A DNA stretch of 64,000 nucleotides from the NCBI GenBank assembly GCA_963731545.1, contig CAVSWN010000004.1, positions 1-64,000 on the forward strand, in the 5' to 3' direction. A model generated the notes under the pieces. It saw only the letters and a list, made by a program, of their open reading frames with translations, made no database searches and had not been told where the DNA came from. The first letter of the stretch is position 1; every line of letters starts with the position of its first letter. This document shows positions 19,288 to 29,997 of this stretch, piece by piece. A program made the position numbers and the translations under genes. This stretch comes from an uncultured Acidobacteriota bacterium. Its GTDB lineage: Bacteria; Acidobacteriota; Vicinamibacteria; Vicinamibacterales; CAVVIG01.

Positions 19288-20142
19288 CTAGGCCGGCCGA
19301 TGCGACAGCAGGAAGCTGCGAACGTGGCGCACCGCCAGCGGAATCTTCTCCGGGGTGTCTTTCCAGGGGTACATGCTCAGTTGGCCTTTTGGCGCGAGCA
19401 TCGCGCTCTCGATCGCGACGGTCAATGAATGCCCCGCGGTGTCGTCCGGCAGGACGAGTACCGGCGTCTGACAACTCTTCACGAAGTCGCGCGTCACCGT
19501 GAGCACGAAGTCAGGGTTGGTGCGGAACATTCTGGTCAGGAATCGATCCGCCATGTCAGCCGTGATCTCCGAGCGCCGCTTGACCAGCGGTTCGCCCCAA
19601 CCGGTTTTCTGACTGTCATAGAGCGCATTCGGCAGCTCCGGCCGGAACCCGACCGGCTGCGCCGGCACCGCCGCGACGACGCGATTGGGCGCCCGTTTGA
19701 TGAGGTTCCAGATGAACGGCCCGGCAATGCAGAAGCCGAGCACCATGAACTTGTCGATCCCGAGGTGATCCATCAGACCGAGATGGTCGTCGGCGTAGGA
19801 ATCCCACGGCCGGTCGATCTCGAGCGGGCCGGTGGATTGACCGGCCGAGTTGCGCAGGTCAGCGTAGATGCAGCGGAACTCTCCCTTGAACGCCTCGATC
19901 GTGTTGAAGGGATTGCCGCCGCGGATGCCCGCGATCGTCGAGCCGTTCAACCCCCCGCCCGGGATGAGCAACAGCGGGAAGCCCGAGCCTGTCTCCTCAT
20001 AGCGGATGCGGACATTCCCTTTCTGGTAGAAGCGTCCGCTTTCTGCGTTCCCGCCCTGCTGCGCGAACGCTGACGGCGTCGCGGCCATCGCCGCCGCCGC
20101 AGCGCCGGTCTTCAGAAGCTTGCGTCTGATTGGATCCACCAT
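19288..20142 (-). CDS. Alpha/beta-hydrolase fold protein with Tat signal peptide
   Basis: MVDPIRRKLLKTGAAAAAMAATPSAFAQ (twin-Arg); …FPLLLIPGGGLNGS…HLGIDKFMVLGFCIAGPFIWN. Confidence 0.75.
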   Translation of the reverse strand: MVDPIRRKLLKTGAAAAAMAATPSAFAQQGGNAESGRFYQKGNVRIRYEETGSGFPLLLIPGGGLNGSTIAGIRGGNPFNTIEAFKGEFRCIYADLRNSAGQSTGPLEIDRPWDSYADDHLGLMDHLGIDKFMVLGFCIAGPFIWNLIKRAPNRVVAAVPAQPVGFRPELPNALYDSQKTGWGEPLVKRRSEITADMADRFLTRMFRTNPDFVLTVTRDFVKSCQTPVLVLPDDTAGHSLTVAIESAMLAPKGQLSMYPWKDTPEKIPLAVRHVRSFLLSHRPA

Positions 20143-20168
20143 ACGTCCTCCTCCATGGTACCGACGCC

Positions 20169-21200
20169 TCAGATGCGCGTCCGCGCAGTGTAGCAGCCAT
20201 CGACGAACGTTCTCTTGATCGACTCCGGCGTCTCGATGGCCCGGAAAAAGCTCTCCAGGTAATCCTTCATCTCGCGTTTGTGCGTCAGCTCCAGCTCGTT
20301 CACGGAGTCGATCGCTTCAAACATGTCGGCCCTGCGCGCACGAAACGGCTCCGCGGCCGTGTTGAACTCGCCGACGGTCCGGCATGGACCTCGATACAGG
20401 CGATCGGTCACGCTGCGCTGGCGCAGGCGCAGGCGGGGATCCGGGTTGGCGTAGGGCGCATGGACCATCCCCGACATGTCGAAATCGTACGGCACCGGCA
20501 CCAACGTGCGCGTCTTGTCTTGCACGATCAGCACGTTGTGCAGCCCCCAGATTGAAAAGTCGACGTTGCCGAGCATGTACTCGAGCAGCATCATCGTCGT
20601 GAGCGCCAGCGTGGTCGAGGTCTTTGAACAGGAGCTGCGGCACCGGCACGTCGCGGCCGCTCAACCGGCGCGCCACGTCGTTCTCGTGCTCCAGAAACAT
20701 GGCGCTGTGCGTCGAGACTCCGCTTCTTCGATCTCGACTCGACGTAGCGTGGCCCGGACCAGACGAGCGCGGAACGTCGCGGGCGTCACCAGGTTGGCGA
20801 GTCTGTAGGCGAGGTATTCGCGCATCACGTACTGGTCGAACTCCCTCGCGTTCTGGCAGTGCGTGCCAAGTTTCAGCGTCGTCTGCCCTTCGAACACCGT
20901 CCCCGCCATCTGTGCCGGCGCGAACACGACCTTGATCGGTACGAAGTCGCACGTGGTGCGTTTCAGGCGGAAGTGCCCGCGCGATCCGAGCGTGACCGCG
21001 ATGTCCCTGCCGTCAATCGTCAGCACTCCGGGAAACTGCTTCGAGTTGTCCGGGTTGCGCTCCTTGTTGATCAGGTTGAACTCCGACGTCAGCGTGATGT
21101 CGAGCGGCGGGCCGTCCTCAAACAGCCGCCGCTGCCTGCGCTTCGGCCCTGCGGGCAGCCAGGACGTCGTCGTCCGGCCACGGTTCGGCGAGCTGCGCAA
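20169..21200 (-). pseudogene. CotH-like protein (atypical kinase fold) paralog, frameshifted in the middle
   Basis: Three frames: …FNLINKERNPDNSKQFPGVLTIDGRDIAVTLGSRGHFRL…/…FLEHENDVARRLSGRDVPVPQLLFKDL…/MMLLEYMLGNVDFSIWGLHNVLIVQDKTRTLVPVPYDFDMSGMV…; ~75-80% aa identity to intact copy at 27878..29005. Confidence 0.6.
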
Positions 21201-21572
21201 TCGGGTTCTTCTTTGGAGGCGAGCGTCGCAGGAGAATGCTGGGCCAGGAGCGCGTCCGTGGCCAGCAGCAGCGCAAGCAGGGCGGTCGAGAAGGGAGGCG
21301 GCGTGTTCACGGCACGCCGTAGTTTACGTCCGCTTCCGGGGCCGTGCGCGCCTCGCGGTGTCAGAGCGGCGGTCCGGCCGGCAGCGTGATGAAAGAGGCT
21401 TGTTCGATTCGCTGGGCGGATCTCTGCGCGTGGACAGATCCGGCGACAAGAAACAGGCGATGAAAGACGCGGCGATACATCGCATGCGGCCTTTGACGGC
21501 AGCGGGGTGGTGTTGGTTGAAATGTGAGAGCGGATTAGAGCGAAGACGTGCGGTCGAGTTCCAAGACAAACG

Positions 21573-21986
21573 TCAGAACGATCTGTTGAGGCGGCACCGT
21601 TCCCCATGAACTGTCGCAACGACGTCCAGTTCGGTCGGTCGCATCACCATTCGGATCCATCGCTCGCCTGTCGGTTTTTGAAACGTCTCCATCTGCAGAG
21701 CCGTGCGGCCCCTGACAACCTCGCGCTTCAGCGTGAAGGGACCGATCGACTGGCCGGCATTGATCGCACTGGTTCCCTGACCGCTCAGGTCCAGCACGAC
21801 GTCAGTCCACTCGTCATGCCCGGTCGGCTGAACCACAACATCGCCCATGGTTTCGACAATCCTGGCGTCGCCGGTGAGCAGGCACGCGCCGTCCGGCCCT
21901 CGCGGATTAGGCGGTGGCGACGCGCGGAACGTGAATACAGCAGCGGTGACGACCAGCAAGATGACGACGAACCACACGACCTTCAT
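21573..21986 (-). CDS. Membrane-anchored hypothetical protein (N-terminal TM)
   Basis: MKVVWFVVILLVVTAAVFTF…. Confidence 0.5.
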   Translation of the reverse strand: MKVVWFVVILLVVTAAVFTFRASPPPNPRGPDGACLLTGDARIVETMGDVVVQPTGHDEWTDVVLDLSGQGTSAINAGQSIGPFTLKREVVRGRTALQMETFQKPTGERWIRMVMRPTELDVVATVHGERCRLNRSF

Positions 21987-22122
21987 CGATTTAGTTGCCT
22001 CGAATCGATTCTAGCAAGATCGGGCCCATTGGACCGCGAGTGCGAGTCTCGCAACTAAGCTGTCTCGTCCGCAGCGCGGGATCTATCGTTCCCCGCGAGG
22101 GCGCAGCGCGCGTTGGATCGCT

Positions 22123-22924
22123 TCAATCGCCAGGCGAGCTGATGCCCTCACTTGGGCGTCTAGAGTCGATTTGGCTGAGGCGTTCAAGAGTCTGGATGTA
22201 CGGAGCCGCTGGTGCTCCGAAAACATTCAGTGCCTGCACGGCTCCGAGACGACTACCTGGGTCCGCATGCGTCAGGGCGGTCACAATTGTGTCACGCGCC
22301 TCGTCGAAGGAGAGTTTCCGAGATTCGGGAGTCGCTTGCGGAGTAATGCCGGTCAGGGCCTCGTGGCGAATCGACGCGTTGGTGTCGACGAGCGCATCTC
22401 GCAGAATGGCACGCATCACTGGTGTGTTGTTCGGCACGAGCCTGAACGTCTTCACGACCTCGGCTCGAATCCGAGCGGAAGGATCATGGCGATACAGGTC
22501 CACGAATAACGCGACGAGCCGCTCGGGCAGGGGGCCCTCTCTCAGAGCAGGTCGTTCCAGATTACCGACGGCGAGCAGCGCCTGGTAGCGGACGCGATCG
22601 TCAGGGTCGCTCTTCAGCAGCGCGAGACAGTCATCCTCCAGTGCGTCGCGCAGCGCCTGCGGGTCGCCTTTCCATTCCGCCGGGATGACGAGCGGTTCGG
22701 GACGCGGCGCAGGACTCGGTCCCACTAACGGTCCTGACGTCCCGGCACCACCGCGTGGCTAAGGCGCGTCCCATCAGAACGCCCAATGCGCTCATCCGCA
22801 CGTCAGCCGAGGAGTCGTGCAGCCCGGCACGTACCACCGCAATGACTTCGCCGATTGCGATGTTCATGCGTGACGATGTGATGTCGGTCAGGACTCTAAC
22901 CTTCCCGGCTATGGTCGGCGGCAA
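22123..22924 (-). CDS. HEAT-repeat protein, frame change ~22700
   Basis: DDRVRYQALLAVGNL / SARIRAEVVKTF / NASIRHEALTG repeats; upstream segment DSSADVRMSALGVLMGRAL in second frame. Confidence 0.55.
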
Positions 22925-23051
22925 TGAAGTCGCCGATGGACATCGCAGACTGCTGAGTGCCGATGAGCGCCAGGAGCAGCGTCGTCGTGGACGAGAATGT
23001 TGCCACGTGGCTGCTCCTATGACACGAGGCTAACCAGCAAACCGGCCGGTC

Positions 23052-23612
23052 TCATCGCGAATCCTGCCGATACCAGCGACTCCCAACCAACTTGTAGTGG
23101 AACGTGGTTGGCGAGGCGCTCAGCCGAGGCGTTTCGTAGGTTACTTCAAGCAGATTGCCGTTGATCTTCATGGGGTGATCAGTTGCCGTCCGAATTTCGG
23201 TGCCGCTGTCACGTTGAATCTGGTCTTGCGTCAGGATGCTGACGAGTGAGGGTTTCCCGCGGGAGCAGCGGAAGACGTAGGTGTCGGTCACGTGAAAATT
23301 GCCTGAATTGCTTCCGTACTTCGCGACGACGGCTGCGTCCTCGACCTCGTCTCCAGTCAGATCCCCGAATGCGACGTCGACAATGTCGAGATACAGAAAT
23401 CCCTGGTAGCCCTGGCGGTGCGGGTCTTCGTAGCGCCCGTCAATGACCATGGGCTGCAGCACGCGCCCGTTTGTGAAGCGGGGCTCGTTCAGCGGATAGA
23501 CGAGATTCTTGACATCGATCCCACGCGCATCACGGCAGCGCTGGACCCTCTGCGCCGTCATCGAGGCCATCGACGCCGACGCGACCGCGGCGCACAACAG
23601 CAATCCTTTCAC
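23052..23612 (-). CDS. Putative lipoprotein/secreted hypothetical protein
   Basis: VKGLLLCAAVASASMASMTAQ… signal/lipobox-like start inside ORF 23052..23933. Confidence 0.45.
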   Translation of the reverse strand: MKGLLLCAAVASASMASMTAQRVQRCRDARGIDVKNLVYPLNEPRFTNGRVLQPMVIDGRYEDPHRQGYQGFLYLDIVDVAFGDLTGDEVEDAAVVAKYGSNSGNFHVTDTYVFRCSRGKPSLVSILTQDQIQRDSGTEIRTATDHPMKINGNLLEVTYETPRLSASPTTFHYKLVGSRWYRQDSR

Positions 23613-23696
23613 TAAGTTGATCGTACCATTGCGCTCGGAGGGCCGGTAGCCCGGAAGAGGAGCGTGTAACGCGCAGTTCCGTGCAGAAGAGACCAG

Positions 23697-24252
23697 ATGA
23701 GAAGGTTCATCATCACCGGCGCGCCGGGTGCAGGGAAGACAGCGATCATCCGTCAGTTGGAACTCGACGGGTTCAGCGTCGTCGAAGAGGCCGCTACTGA
23801 CGTCATCGCTGCCGCGCAAGCTCAGGGAACGGTTCAACCCTGGACGGATCCCTCGTTCATTGATGCCATCGCTCATCTGCAAAGGGACCGTCAGATTCGA
23901 GCGTCGTATCAACCGGATGAGGTTCAGTTTCACGACCGTTGCGCTGTGTGCACCGCGGCGTTGGCAGTCTACCTCGGCTACCCGTTTTCACCGTTTCTTA
24001 AAGGCGAACTGGAGCGCATCAAGAAAGAAGCGATCTACCAAAACCGAGTCTTCTTCATTCGCAATCTTGGCTTCATCACGCCTACCGAAGCGCGGCGAAT
24101 CAGCTTTGAGGAAGCGGCTGCGGTTCGAGAAAATCCACGAAGAGACCTACCGAGACTTCGGATTCGAACTGGTCTCGGTCGAGCCAGGAAGCGTGGCGGA
24201 ACGGGTCAGCATGATCAAGGCGGCAATTGGCAGTGCTAAAGTGCCGCGCTGA
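23697..24252 (+). CDS. P-loop AAA-family ATPase (small predicted ATPase), frame change ~24110
   Basis: MRRFIITGAPGAGKTAIIRQLE… Walker A; C-terminus continues in ORF 23728..24252 frame (…RFEKIHEETYRDFGFELVSVEPGSVAERVSMIKAAIG). Confidence 0.6.
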
Positions 24253-24313
24253 TGAGATCGGGCGTCATCACGTCGCGCTAGTCGGCGGCGAAGGCTCGCC
24301 GAGCTTTTGGACT

Positions 24314-24793
24314 CTACCGATAGGCCTGCACGACGGTCACTTCTCCATTCCCAAGGTAGACCCCGCACCCAAACTCCCTCGTGGCCGGGTGCGTCATGGT
24401 CTGATAGTGCTCGCCGGTGGGCCCTTGCGCCCACATCGTGGCGAGGCCCTGTCGAATCACGGCGCGAACCGACCCGTAGATCCTCAACGACCACCACGGA
24501 ATTTCGTTCTCAAAGCGCACGTAACCACCGCTGAAATTGGTCGAGTTGGCGTAGGCGTGCGCATTGTGCCGGCTGCCGTCGAACTCGGCAGCCGTCGCGG
24601 CGTAGTCGTCGAGCGACGAGGATTGTTGCAGTGCGGCCCGGTTCAGCGTCGCTCGGTACCTGTTGATTTCGCTGAGACAGAACTGGAGATTGGCTGCGGC
24701 AGCACCCGATCCAGGCTCGAGTGGCGCGTAGGCGCACGCGGCCGCAAGGATCGTGGCGAGACCGACTAAGACGCCGGCCGCAAGTCTCACCAC
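24314..24793 (-). CDS. CAP/SCP/PR-1 domain secreted protein
   Basis: Signal peptide MVRLAAGVLVGLATILAAAC; …HYQTMTHPATREFGCGVYLGNGEVTVVQAY. Confidence 0.7.
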   Translation of the reverse strand: MVRLAAGVLVGLATILAAACAYAPLEPGSGAAAANLQFCLSEINRYRATLNRAALQQSSSLDDYAATAAEFDGSRHNAHAYANSTNFSGGYVRFENEIPWWSLRIYGSVRAVIRQGLATMWAQGPTGEHYQTMTHPATREFGCGVYLGNGEVTVVQAYR

Positions 24794-25160
24794 GCGTGTT
24801 GGGCGAATCGTCGCGTCAATTTCGGGGAAGAGTGTACTGCCGAGGCTGATCGAATCGAAAAAGTTTCAGAAACAACTGTCGAGGTTAGGCGACGACCTGC
24901 CGCCGATCGGTCGTGCGTCAGCCAGGCAGGCGAGTCGCAGCCACCGATCGTCGTCGCGCCGCCGCGACTAGTTTGTAAGTCTCGTCGATGAACGTCTGCG
25001 TGCGCGCGAGCTCTTTCGCCAATCGCCTGAAACGGTCCAGCAATTCGCGCAGCCGCTTGACGTTGACCTCGTTTCTCACACCGCTCTTGAGTGCGACATT
25101 CGTACCACTGTCGTCGTTGCCGTGATCCGGTATCGCGATTGCTTTGCGCGGAGGCTGACA

Positions 25161-26475
25161 TGGCCAACGACGAACACGACAAAGCACAACAGGCACTGCG
25201 CGCAGTGACGCGCCGCCGGTTTCTTCGGAAGTCGCGGCGGCGACCGGTGTCGTGGCCTTTGGCGACCTGGCCTCGCTCGGTCCAGCGCTCGCGCAAGGGC
25301 TTCCGGCACCCGACTCGTCAGGGATCGATCACATCATCGTGTTGATGATGGAAAACCGATCCTTCGATCACATGATGGGCTGGGTAGACGGCGCCGACGG
25401 TCGACAGAAAGGACTGACATACCTGGATTCGGCGGGCCAGCCACACAAAACATTCCGACTGGCGCCCGATTTCCAGGGCTGCGGCCACCCGGATCCGGAT
25501 CATTCGTACGAAGGTGGACGCATCGAATACAACAGCGGCGCGTGCGACGGCTGGTTGAGAGCCGGGGACAACGATGCGTTCTCGATCGGGTACTACTCGA
25601 AAAAGGACCTCGCCTTCTATGCCGCGGCGACGACGCAATGGACGGTGTGCGACCGCTACTTCTCGGCCATCATGGCCGGGACGTTCGCCAATCGGATCTA
25701 CCAGCACGCCGCGCAAACCGATCGGTTGGCCAATACGTTCGAGCTGAGCACTCTGCCGACGATCTGGGATCAGCTGGCGAATGCCGGACTCGACGGACGG
25801 TACTACTTCAGCGACGTCCCGTTTCTTGGCCTCTGGGGCAGCAAATACGCGTCGATCGGTCGTCCGTTCAGCGCGTTCCTGGCAGACGCTGCAGCTGGCA
25901 CCCTGCCGCACGTGGCGTTCGTCGAGCCGCGTTTCCTTGGTGAAGAGCTCGGACTGTCGAACGACGACCATCCCTTCGCGGACGTCCGGAACGGGCAGGC
26001 GTTCATGAATCTGGTGTATGCCGCCGTCACGCGAAGTCCGGCGTGGCCGAACACCGTGTTCATCATCAACTACGACGAGTGGGGCGGCTTTTTCGACCAC
26101 GTTCCTCCGACGGCGGCCCCTATCCCGCCAGCGGATCAGATCGCCGGCAATCAAGACGGGCTTCGCGGATTCCGGACACCGTGCCTCGTTGTCTCGCCGT
26201 TTGCCAGGCGGGAACATGTGTCCGGCCTCGAGCTCGATCACACGTCGGTTCTCAGGATGATCGAGTGGCGATGGGGATTGCCTCCGCTCACCGTCCGCGA
26301 TGCGACGGCGAACAACCTGGCCGAGATTCTTCGCTTCCCGGCGACGGACTTTCGTGCGAAGCAATTCAAGGTTCCCGCAGGTCCATTCGGGAATCTGTGC
26401 GTGCCTCCATTGCCGCACGACGAAGAATGGCAGCCGCTGTTGGATATGGCCGCCGGCTCCGGTTGGCTATTGTAA
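25161..26475 (+). CDS. Phosphoesterase family protein (phospholipase C/acid phosphatase type) with Tat signal; frame change ~25240
   Basis: MANDEHDKAQQALRAVTRRRFLRKS (Tat motif, ORF 25091 frame) then …IDHIIVLMMENRSFDHMMGW…INYDEWGGFFDHVPP. Confidence 0.8.
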
Positions 26476-26534
26476 GTAGTGTCCGCCTTCAGGCGGACCT
26501 CGAAAAGTCCGGCTGAAGCCGGACACTACATCGC
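26471..26534. repeat. Inverted pair of REP-like elements (GTAG + palindrome)
   Basis: GTAGTGTCCGCCTTCAGGCGGAC … GTCCGGCTGAAGCCGGACACTAC between convergent genes. Confidence 0.6.
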
Positions 26535-27291
26535 CAGGTCCGCGACGACGGGGAAGTGATCGGACGCGGCGGCGGCCTCGGCGTCGGTGACCACGTCGCA
26601 CGAGATCACCCGATCGGCAAAGCCGCGCGGCACGAACACGTAGTCCAGCCGCACATGCGGATCCCAGGTCGGCATCGTCAGTCCCGGCTTGCCGGGATGT
26701 TTGGTTCGGTACGAATCGACATACCCCGCGTCCAGAACCGTCTGAATCGTCCGCCAGCGGATCTGTCCGCCGCTGCCCCAGACGAACGGCCGAAGCCGGA
26801 GCGGCAGGCGGTTGGTGTCGAGCAGCTCGCCGGGCGCGAGCGTATTGAAGTCTCCGGCGAGCACGTGAAACCCGTCCTGATGGCGCTTCACGCTGCGCAG
26901 AAGCGCCCGCAGCTCGTACACGCGCCGCTGTTCGGTCCACGCCGCATGAACCGCGCTCAGGTGCACGCCGAAAATGCGGATCCGTTCCCCGGCCGGCACC
27001 ACCTCGATGAACGCGTGTCGCGAGACGAACGGCCGGCGCCATGTGGCCTGAGCGACAGGCTGCCGGCTGAGGAAGCCAAGCGACTGCCGGCGAGACGTCC
27101 CCCAACCGGCCATCTCCGTCAACGACGCGAGGCGCTCCACCGTCGCCCGATCCGTCGCTTCCTGCAAGCACGACGACGTCGGGCTCGCAGGCTTTGATGA
27201 CGCGCGCGATGCGCTCGACGCGTGCGCGGCCGCCGCGCTGGATGTTGTACGTGAGAAGCCGGAAGCTCACGCCTCGTCCGGTTTGCTGCAC
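26526..27291 (-). CDS. Endonuclease/exonuclease/phosphatase (EEP) family protein; frame change ~27160
   Basis: N-term …FRLLTYNIQRGGRARVERIARVIKACEPDVVVL (ORF 26467..27291) + …IFGVHLSAVH…LAGDFNTLAPGE…SDHFPVVADLAM (ORF 26526..27167). Confidence 0.7.
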
Positions 27292-27737
27292 AGGACGAGA
27301 TACGGCTGATCGAGCAGATCGCCGCGAAACTGGATGACGATCTCGCGCGAGGCCTGAATGTTGACGGGGCGCTGCACCATGGCCATCAGTCGCTCGCGCA
27401 GCGGAACCAGATCCGGCGCGATGTCGGGATCGTCTTCGCTGACGGGCCGCGAGTGGACGCCAGGCACGAAGAATCCGGTCAGCTTGAACAGGCCGATCGC
27501 TTTCTCACCGACCAGCGTGACGTCCAGGTCGCTCGTTCCGGGACCCTCGGAGTCGAATGGCGCGTGGTCTTTCCAGCGGTACCCCGTGACCGCGCTGCCG
27601 CGAAGCACAACGGTTGTGCCCGCGGGAATCTCGTCGACCAGCGTCCGGCAGAATGCTTCGTAGCTGTCGGCGCGGCCGCGAAAGGCGAGCCGAATCACAT
27701 TCTCGCGTTTTGCCTCATCGGTTAAGCCGCCTTGCAC
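27267..27737 (-). CDS. Hypothetical protein with possible minimal nucleotidyltransferase-like GS…DxD motif, overlapping the EEP gene start
   Basis: …VVLRGSAVTGYRWKDHAPFDSEGPGTSDLDVTLVGE…; GTG start; 25-nt overlap with downstream EEP gene. Confidence 0.35.
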   Translation of the reverse strand: MQGGLTDEAKRENVIRLAFRGRADSYEAFCRTLVDEIPAGTTVVLRGSAVTGYRWKDHAPFDSEGPGTSDLDVTLVGEKAIGLFKLTGFFVPGVHSRPVSEDDPDIAPDLVPLRERLMAMVQRPVNIQASREIVIQFRGDLLDQPYLVLCSKPDEA

Positions 27738-27877
27738 ACGTCTGTGTCTGGTCCATATCCTGCAGTTCGAACTGAGCAAGAAAACAGCCAGAGGATTTCT
27801 GCTGAGCTGTTCTAACTCGTTGACGTGCTGGTGGTAGGATGACGCCAAAATCCAGGCGCTTCACCCAGGAGCCACCT

Positions 27878-29005
27878 ATGACGCGCCGTCTTTCCGCTGC
27901 CGCGCTGCTCGCCATCGTCCTGGCTGCACCGGCGGTGCTCGCGCAGAACCCTCCGGCCGCGGCGCCGGCCGCGAAGAACCCGATGCTGAAGCTGGTCGAA
28001 CCCTGGCCAGAAGACGACGTGATCGCGACGCGAAAGAGCGAAGCCGAGGCGCGGAAGCTGTTTCAGGACGGCCCTCTGCTCGAGTTCACGCTGACGACCG
28101 ACTTCAAGCTGCTCAACAAGGAGCGGAACCCGAACAACTCGAAGCAGTTCCCCGGAGTGCTGACCGTGGACGGCAAGGAGATCCCGGTCACGCTCGGGTC
28201 GCGCGGCCACTCGCGGCTGAATCCGCGCACGTGCGAATTCGTGCCGATCAAGGTCGTGTTCCCGGCGGACAAGATCGCCGCCACGATTTTCGAAGGGCAG
28301 ACGTCGCTGAAGCTCGGCACGCACTGCCAGAGCGACAGAGAGTACGACCAGTTCGTGATGCGCGAGTACCTCACCTACAAGCTCGCGAACCTCGTGACGC
28401 CGATCTCCTTCCGCGCCCGGCTGGCGCGCGGCACCTACGTCGACGTCAAATCGCAGAAACCGATCTCGACGCACAGCGCCCTGTTCCTCGAGCACGAGAA
28501 CGACGTGGCGCGGCGGCTGGGCGGCCGCGACGTCGGCGTGCCGCAGCGGCTGTTCAAGGACCTCGATCCGGGCGCGCTGACGACGATGATGCTGTTCGAG
28601 TACATGCTCGGCAACACCGACTACTCGATCTGGTCGCTGCACAACGTCGTGATCGTCCAGGACAAGAAGCGCACGCTCATCCCGGTGCCGTACGATTTCG
28701 ACCTGTCCGGCATGGTCCATCCGCCATACGCGCAGCCGGATCCGCGGCTGCTGTTGAAGAGCGTGACCGACCGCCTGTACCGCGGCCCGTGCCGGACGGT
28801 GGAGGAGTTCGACGCGAGCGCGCAGGCGTTCCGCGCGCGCAAGGCCGACATGTTCGCGGCGATCGAGTCGTTGAAGGACCTGAACGGCGCCCACAAGGGC
28901 GAAATGAAGGACTACCTGGAAGGCTTCTTCCGGACCATCCAGACGCCGGAATCGATCAAGAAAACATTCGTCGACGGCTGCAAAACGACCCGCGCCCGCG
29001 TCTAG
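27878..29005 (+). CDS. CotH-like protein (intact paralog) with signal peptide
   Basis: MTRRLSAAALLAIVLAAPAVLAQ…; …MLFEYMLGNTDYSIWSLHNVVIVQDKKRTLIPVPYDFDLSGMV matches CotH LGNWD…HNYY…IPWDLDLSFG pattern. Confidence 0.65.
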   Translation: MTRRLSAAALLAIVLAAPAVLAQNPPAAAPAAKNPMLKLVEPWPEDDVIATRKSEAEARKLFQDGPLLEFTLTTDFKLLNKERNPNNSKQFPGVLTVDGKEIPVTLGSRGHSRLNPRTCEFVPIKVVFPADKIAATIFEGQTSLKLGTHCQSDREYDQFVMREYLTYKLANLVTPISFRARLARGTYVDVKSQKPISTHSALFLEHENDVARRLGGRDVGVPQRLFKDLDPGALTTMMLFEYMLGNTDYSIWSLHNVVIVQDKKRTLIPVPYDFDLSGMVHPPYAQPDPRLLLKSVTDRLYRGPCRTVEEFDASAQAFRARKADMFAAIESLKDLNGAHKGEMKDYLEGFFRTIQTPESIKKTFVDGCKTTRARV

Positions 29006-29034
29006 CGCGTTCTCCATTTCGAGGTAGAGCTTCC

Positions 29035-29120
29035 CTGGCGCAATCGTCGTACGTGGGGTCCGGCTTTAGCCGGACCTAGCCTGCCGATCGCGCTCGCTGA
29101 AGGTCCGCCTGAAGGCGGAC
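29035..29120. repeat. Pair of REP-like hairpins
   Basis: GGTCCGGCTTTAGCCGGACC … GGTCCGCCTGAAGGCGGAC, same palindromes as 26471-26534. Confidence 0.5.
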
Positions 29121-29282
29121 GCCACGGACGTATCACCGATCCAAAAGCGCATAAGCGACAGGTCCAACCCGGCACGAGATTCGCTGTCAGAGCGCCCCGT
29201 ACGGTGAGATCCGTGCAACGGCGCGGATTTGACCGCGTCTCGATTTCAGATCTGCCATTGCGATTGCAGGTTTGGGTTGGCT

Positions 29283-29849
29283 ATGAAGCGAATACTCGTG
29301 GGTGTGCTTGCGCTGGTCTCGGCGGGCGCGACGCTCGGGGCTGAGACGCCGCAGCAGACGTTTGCCAAGGCGTGGGAAGGCCGCACCGTCACGGTCAAGG
29401 CAACCCTCTACAGCTTGATCTACAACGAGCGCGGCAAACTCGGCACCACCCGAAGCGGGCTGCGCGAAGGTCTTGTCGTCGCCACGCCGTCGCAAGGCGC
29501 GTACTTCCAGTTCGACGGACGCCAGGGCCGCCCCGAGGTCATGCAGCGGAAGCTGGACCGCTTCGTCGTCGCGGTCAACACCGCCTACCAGCCCGATGCG
29601 CTCGATGTCCGGTCGTACCGGAAACTCGAAGCGGTCGCGATCAACCGCTACGATCCGGGAGTGGAACTGGTCGTGAGCGGCGTGCGCGTCGGCGTCGATC
29701 AGGTGACGTTCGAGTTCGCCGCGGCGATCGGCGACGAGGCCGTCACCGCGGTCAAAGTCAAGTGGCCGGTGCCGCTCTCGAAGGTCTTCACCGAACGCCC
29801 GCTCGTCCTGGAAGCGCTCGAGCAGTTCGTCGAATTCAAGCAGCCCTAG
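29283..29849 (+). CDS. Secreted hypothetical protein
   Basis: MKRILVGVLALVSAGATLGAETPQQ signal peptide. Confidence 0.55.
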   Translation: MKRILVGVLALVSAGATLGAETPQQTFAKAWEGRTVTVKATLYSLIYNERGKLGTTRSGLREGLVVATPSQGAYFQFDGRQGRPEVMQRKLDRFVVAVNTAYQPDALDVRSYRKLEAVAINRYDPGVELVVSGVRVGVDQVTFEFAAAIGDEAVTAVKVKWPVPLSKVFTERPLVLEALEQFVEFKQP

Positions 29850-29997
29850 AGCGCAGATCATCGATCAAGGACAGTTCGTGACCGTCGGCGTCGGGCGAAA
29901 CACGGGCCGCGGATGAAGCTTCGGTCACGAGGCGAGCTCGACCATTCGTTCCAGCCGCGCCTGTGTGCAGGCACGTGTCTTGATGTTGTTCACGACA

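Noticed and set aside
24918-25196. 92-aa minus ORF between CAP-domain and phosphoesterase genes
   Set aside because: Overlaps the Tat-signal coding region of the phosphoesterase on the opposite strand; no support beyond being open
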